From assembly GCA_029939895.1 (NCBI GenBank), contig JAOZSB010000002.1:1-48682 (forward strand): a DNA stretch of 48,682 bases. Reading direction: 5' to 3'. The notes beneath the pieces were generated by a model. It was not told the origin of the DNA. It ran no database searches and saw only the letters and a program-made list of their open reading frames with translations. Position 1 is the first letter of the stretch. Every line of letters begins with the position of its first letter. Origin of the DNA: Desulfobacterales bacterium. GTDB taxonomy: Bacteria; Desulfobacterota; Desulfobacteria; Desulfobacterales; JAOZSB01. The position numbers and the translations under genes were made by a program. Of the stretch, positions 45,814-48,682 are shown piece after piece.

Positions 45814-46748
45814 TGTTAAATTCTTCCGTGACTGGTCAAAGGCAGCAAAACATAAGAAAAAATATTGAGACACGGGCGGCAATTATCGACCATGTCCGCT
45901 TATTTTTTAAGGAACTTGGTTATCTTGAAGTAGATACCCCATTGCTATTACAGGAAACAGCACCAGAGGCGCATATAGACTCGCCAGTATCGGGCGACAG
46001 GTTTCTCCAGTCCTCTCCAGAGCTTTGCATGAAAAGGCTTCTTGCTTTTGGGTTTGATAAAATTTTTCAAATATCAAAATGTTTTCGAAAAAACGAACGG
46101 GGTTCCAGGCACTTTCCAGAATTCACCATGCTCGAATGGTACAGGGCAGGTGCTGATTATATGGAGTTAATGATTGAGACCGAATCCCTTATAAAAAATG
46201 CAGCAAAAAGTGTGACCAGCGGGAACGTAATCAATTATTGCGGAAGCAGCGTGAAAATTGATGAAACCTGGGAACGCTTGACTGTTAAGGATGCATTTGA
46301 GCGGTATGGGTCAATCGACATGAAGGCCGCACTTGCAGAGTCCCGGTTTGATGAGATCATGGGCATTGAGATAGAGCCGCAGCTTGGGCATCACACTCCG
46401 GTTTTTCTTTTTGACTACCCTATTGAAAAGGCATCCCTGGCAAAAAAAAAAGAAGCCGACCAGCAACTTGCCGAACGGTTCGAGCTATATATAGCAGGCG
46501 TTGAACTCTGTAATTGTTTTTCAGAGCTTACAAATCCAGAGGAACAGAGAATAAGGTTTGCCCAGGAACTTAAGATTAAGGCCGTAAAAGGCGATAACAC
46601 TATGAAGATGCCTGAAATGTTCCTTAATGACCTTACACAAATGCCGGATGCAGCAGGCAACGCACTTGGCATTGACAGGCTTGTAATGATTTTATGCGGT
46701 GCAGAATCAATCGACGATATTGCAGCTTTCACGCCAGAGGAGGCTTGA
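45813..46748 (+). CDS. epmA: EF-P (R)-beta-lysine ligase EpmA (GenX/PoxA, truncated class II LysRS paralog)
   Basis: FFKELGYLEVDTPLL (motif 1), FRKNERGSRHFPEFTMLEWY (motif 2) and GNALGIDRLVM (motif 3). About 311 aa with no anticodon-binding domain. The start (GTG 45810 or ATG 45813) overlaps the preceding stop. Confidence 0.88.
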   Translation: MLNSSVTGQRQQNIRKNIETRAAIIDHVRLFFKELGYLEVDTPLLLQETAPEAHIDSPVSGDRFLQSSPELCMKRLLAFGFDKIFQISKCFRKNERGSRHFPEFTMLEWYRAGADYMELMIETESLIKNAAKSVTSGNVINYCGSSVKIDETWERLTVKDAFERYGSIDMKAALAESRFDEIMGIEIEPQLGHHTPVFLFDYPIEKASLAKKKEADQQLAERFELYIAGVELCNCFSELTNPEEQRIRFAQELKIKAVKGDNTMKMPEMFLNDLTQMPDAAGNALGIDRLVMILCGAESIDDIAAFTPEEA

Positions 46749-48394
46749 TGCGCAGATTTTACATATTATTTACAGCATTTTTTCTAATCACCCTTGGTGC
46801 ATTTGCAGCACTGGCTGCTGATGATGCGCCTGAAGAACAAGATCAGATAAAAACCGAGATAGAAAAAGGCGACAACCTTCTTAAAAGTGGAAAATTCAAG
46901 GAAGCTATCAAGTATTTTTCTGAATTAGTTGAAAAATACCCCCAAAGCCCGGAAGCATACTATAAAAAAGGCCTGTCCCACATCAACCTGAGTGAACTCA
47001 GTCTTGCTGAAGCCAGCTTTTCAAAGGCTATAGAACTACAGCCAGACCACGTATCCTCATATGTCAACCGTGGAACCATCCTTGCCGCAGGCGGCGCATA
47101 CTCCAGAGCCATCAAAGACTACACAAAAGCACTGGAATTCGATACATCATCCAAGCTCGCGCTCATAAACAGGGGCACAATCTATCTGCGAAAGGGCGAA
47201 TGCGAAAATGCCCTTAACGATTTTGTAGCTGCAATTGATACAAGCCCAAAGGATAAAGCAATCTACAGCAGAATCGCATGGGTGCTGGCATCATGCTCCG
47301 CAGAAAATTTTCCATCCCCGGACAGAATCACCGAAATGGCACTCAAGGCAGCAGAATACGACAAGGAAATTCTTCTCCTGACCCTGCTTGAAGAAGCATT
47401 TGCAGATTCAGAAAAATTTAAAACAGCACTCAAAGGTGTCACAAAAGCCTTTGACGAAAGCGGCAAGGAAGATAAAGAAAAAGAAATTTCCGGATACTTT
47501 ACAAAAAAAGCAACGCAAATAAAAAACACTGACAAATCACCAGCACCCACAAAAAAAGAAAAGCCGACAGAGCCTTTCACCGAAACAAACCTGACAGCAG
47601 CAAAGAAGAAAAACGAGCCAACAGAACCTGTTAAAAAGGTAGAACCAGAAGAACCAGCAGAGCCTGTCAAAGAAGTACAACCAGAAGTAAAACAGCCAGA
47701 GGTAGAAAAGGCAGCAGAGCCGATAGAGCCAGTAATTGAAAAGCCTGAAATCGCAAAAACAGAAGACAAGCCACAGCCACCAAAGAAAAAAATCATAGTT
47801 AGCAAAATAACCAAAAAAATAGTAATGCCCCCGCCAACAAACAAGAAGCAAGAACAAAAAACCGTCTCTAACACGTTAACCAAAAGCCAAGCCCCAAAGG
47901 ATAAGCCCGCCAAAAGCCAGATCACCAAAACCAAAGCACCAAAAAAACAACACCATAAAGAAAAATTTAAACGAGACCTCCTACCATACACCATCCACGT
48001 CAGCTCCTACAAATCACCCTCAAGAGCAATACAGTCCGCAAAATACTTTGAAAAAAAAGGGCGACTACCAATTACATCCTTCGCCATAATTTCCGGCAAA
48101 GGCGGATGGTACAGAGTATACATAGGTAGCTACAAAACCTATGCTGACGCTAAAGCAGCAAAAACTATACTCCAGGAAAGCGGATTCAGCTACGCAAAAG
48201 CCGTCAGACTACCACACGCACTGCAAGTCAATAAGACCGAAAAAATTAGAAAAACCCTCATACAAAAAGGCTACTATATATATCAATCAAACGGCCGATA
48301 CCTCATAGGCGCATACGAATCAAAAAAACAAGCCATCACCGCAGCCAAAGAACTCGCCAACAACAATATAAAAGCGACCCCCTGCATGAGATAA
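46748..48394 (+). CDS. TPR-repeat / Pro-Glu-Lys-rich linker / SPOR-domain protein with signal peptide
   Basis: ATG 46748 overlaps the epmA stop by 1 nt. Signal peptide MRRFYILFTAFFLITLGAFAALA, then TPR repeats (AYYKKGLSHINLSELSLAEASFSKAIELQPD...) and a PEPVKK-type linker. C-terminal SPOR pattern YTIHVSSYKSPSRAIQSAKYFEKKG...GGWYRVYIGSYKTYADAKAA. Confidence 0.8.
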   Translation: MRRFYILFTAFFLITLGAFAALAADDAPEEQDQIKTEIEKGDNLLKSGKFKEAIKYFSELVEKYPQSPEAYYKKGLSHINLSELSLAEASFSKAIELQPDHVSSYVNRGTILAAGGAYSRAIKDYTKALEFDTSSKLALINRGTIYLRKGECENALNDFVAAIDTSPKDKAIYSRIAWVLASCSAENFPSPDRITEMALKAAEYDKEILLLTLLEEAFADSEKFKTALKGVTKAFDESGKEDKEKEISGYFTKKATQIKNTDKSPAPTKKEKPTEPFTETNLTAAKKKNEPTEPVKKVEPEEPAEPVKEVQPEVKQPEVEKAAEPIEPVIEKPEIAKTEDKPQPPKKKIIVSKITKKIVMPPPTNKKQEQKTVSNTLTKSQAPKDKPAKSQITKTKAPKKQHHKEKFKRDLLPYTIHVSSYKSPSRAIQSAKYFEKKGRLPITSFAIISGKGGWYRVYIGSYKTYADAKAAKTILQESGFSYAKAVRLPHALQVNKTEKIRKTLIQKGYYIYQSNGRYLIGAYESKKQAITAAKELANNNIKATPCMR

Positions 48395-48682
48395 ATGAAT
48401 TTTAAAATGCGGTTTTAAAAAAGCGATTTAAAAAAAGCATGGGGGAAACTTTTGTGAACAAAAGACTTTTGCTTAAACGGCATTGGTATTTTTATTGCCA
48501 GACAAGCTTCTTTGCGTAAACTAATTTTCAAATCACCTAAACGAAAATACTCAAACCCCTTTCAAAACAATCCCGTCGTGGAGATATTTTTTGCCTGGCG
48601 CACGAAAGACTTATTGCAGGCTGGGCAGATAATACCAAATATGAAGAATTTTTTTTGTGCCTGATAATATGGCAGTGCCAGC

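Overview
The window reads as a chromosomal segment of a moderately AT-rich bacterium. The protein families (MJ0042-type zinc ribbon/DUF3426 protein, sdhAB, sigma54 promoters, many c-di-GMP proteins) fit a Desulfobacterota-like organism, but that is inference only. I support about 45 CDS, 2 tRNAs, 1 pseudogene and several repeats, promoters and terminators.

Housekeeping genes are hpt, a cbpA-like J-protein, thiolase, an AI-2E transporter, gyrA-gpsA, radC, sdhA-sdhB, crcB, tsaB and epmA.

The largest unit is a ~13 kb minus-strand type II secretion cluster (34080 down to 20902): gspF-gspG-[repeat array]-gspH-I-J-K-[231 nt gap]-gspL-M-C-D-E-TPR protein. It is followed by two tandem PilZ paralogs, each with its own well-spaced sigma54 promoter.

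Most unusual observations:
1. A 111-nt unit that includes the last 5 codons and stop of gspG is present in 2.6 copies between gspG and gspH.
2. A 162-aa membrane-protein gene is bracketed by ~63-nt direct repeats, one of which is the 3' end of sdhB.
3. A response-regulator/GGDEF gene is bracketed by ~75-nt direct repeats.
4. About 180 nt at 37870-38047 fold into a nested, near-perfect hairpin with strand-specific G-U pairs and a plus-strand intrinsic terminator. This is a candidate sRNA or palindromic element, and it sits where an sdh membrane-anchor gene would be expected.
5. A translationally coupled operon encodes a parA-like ATPase, a Lys-rich disordered protein, epmA and a TPR/SPOR protein.

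I saw no CRISPR array, transposase, integrase or rRNA. Product calls rest on motifs I recognise in the supplied translations. No database search was run.
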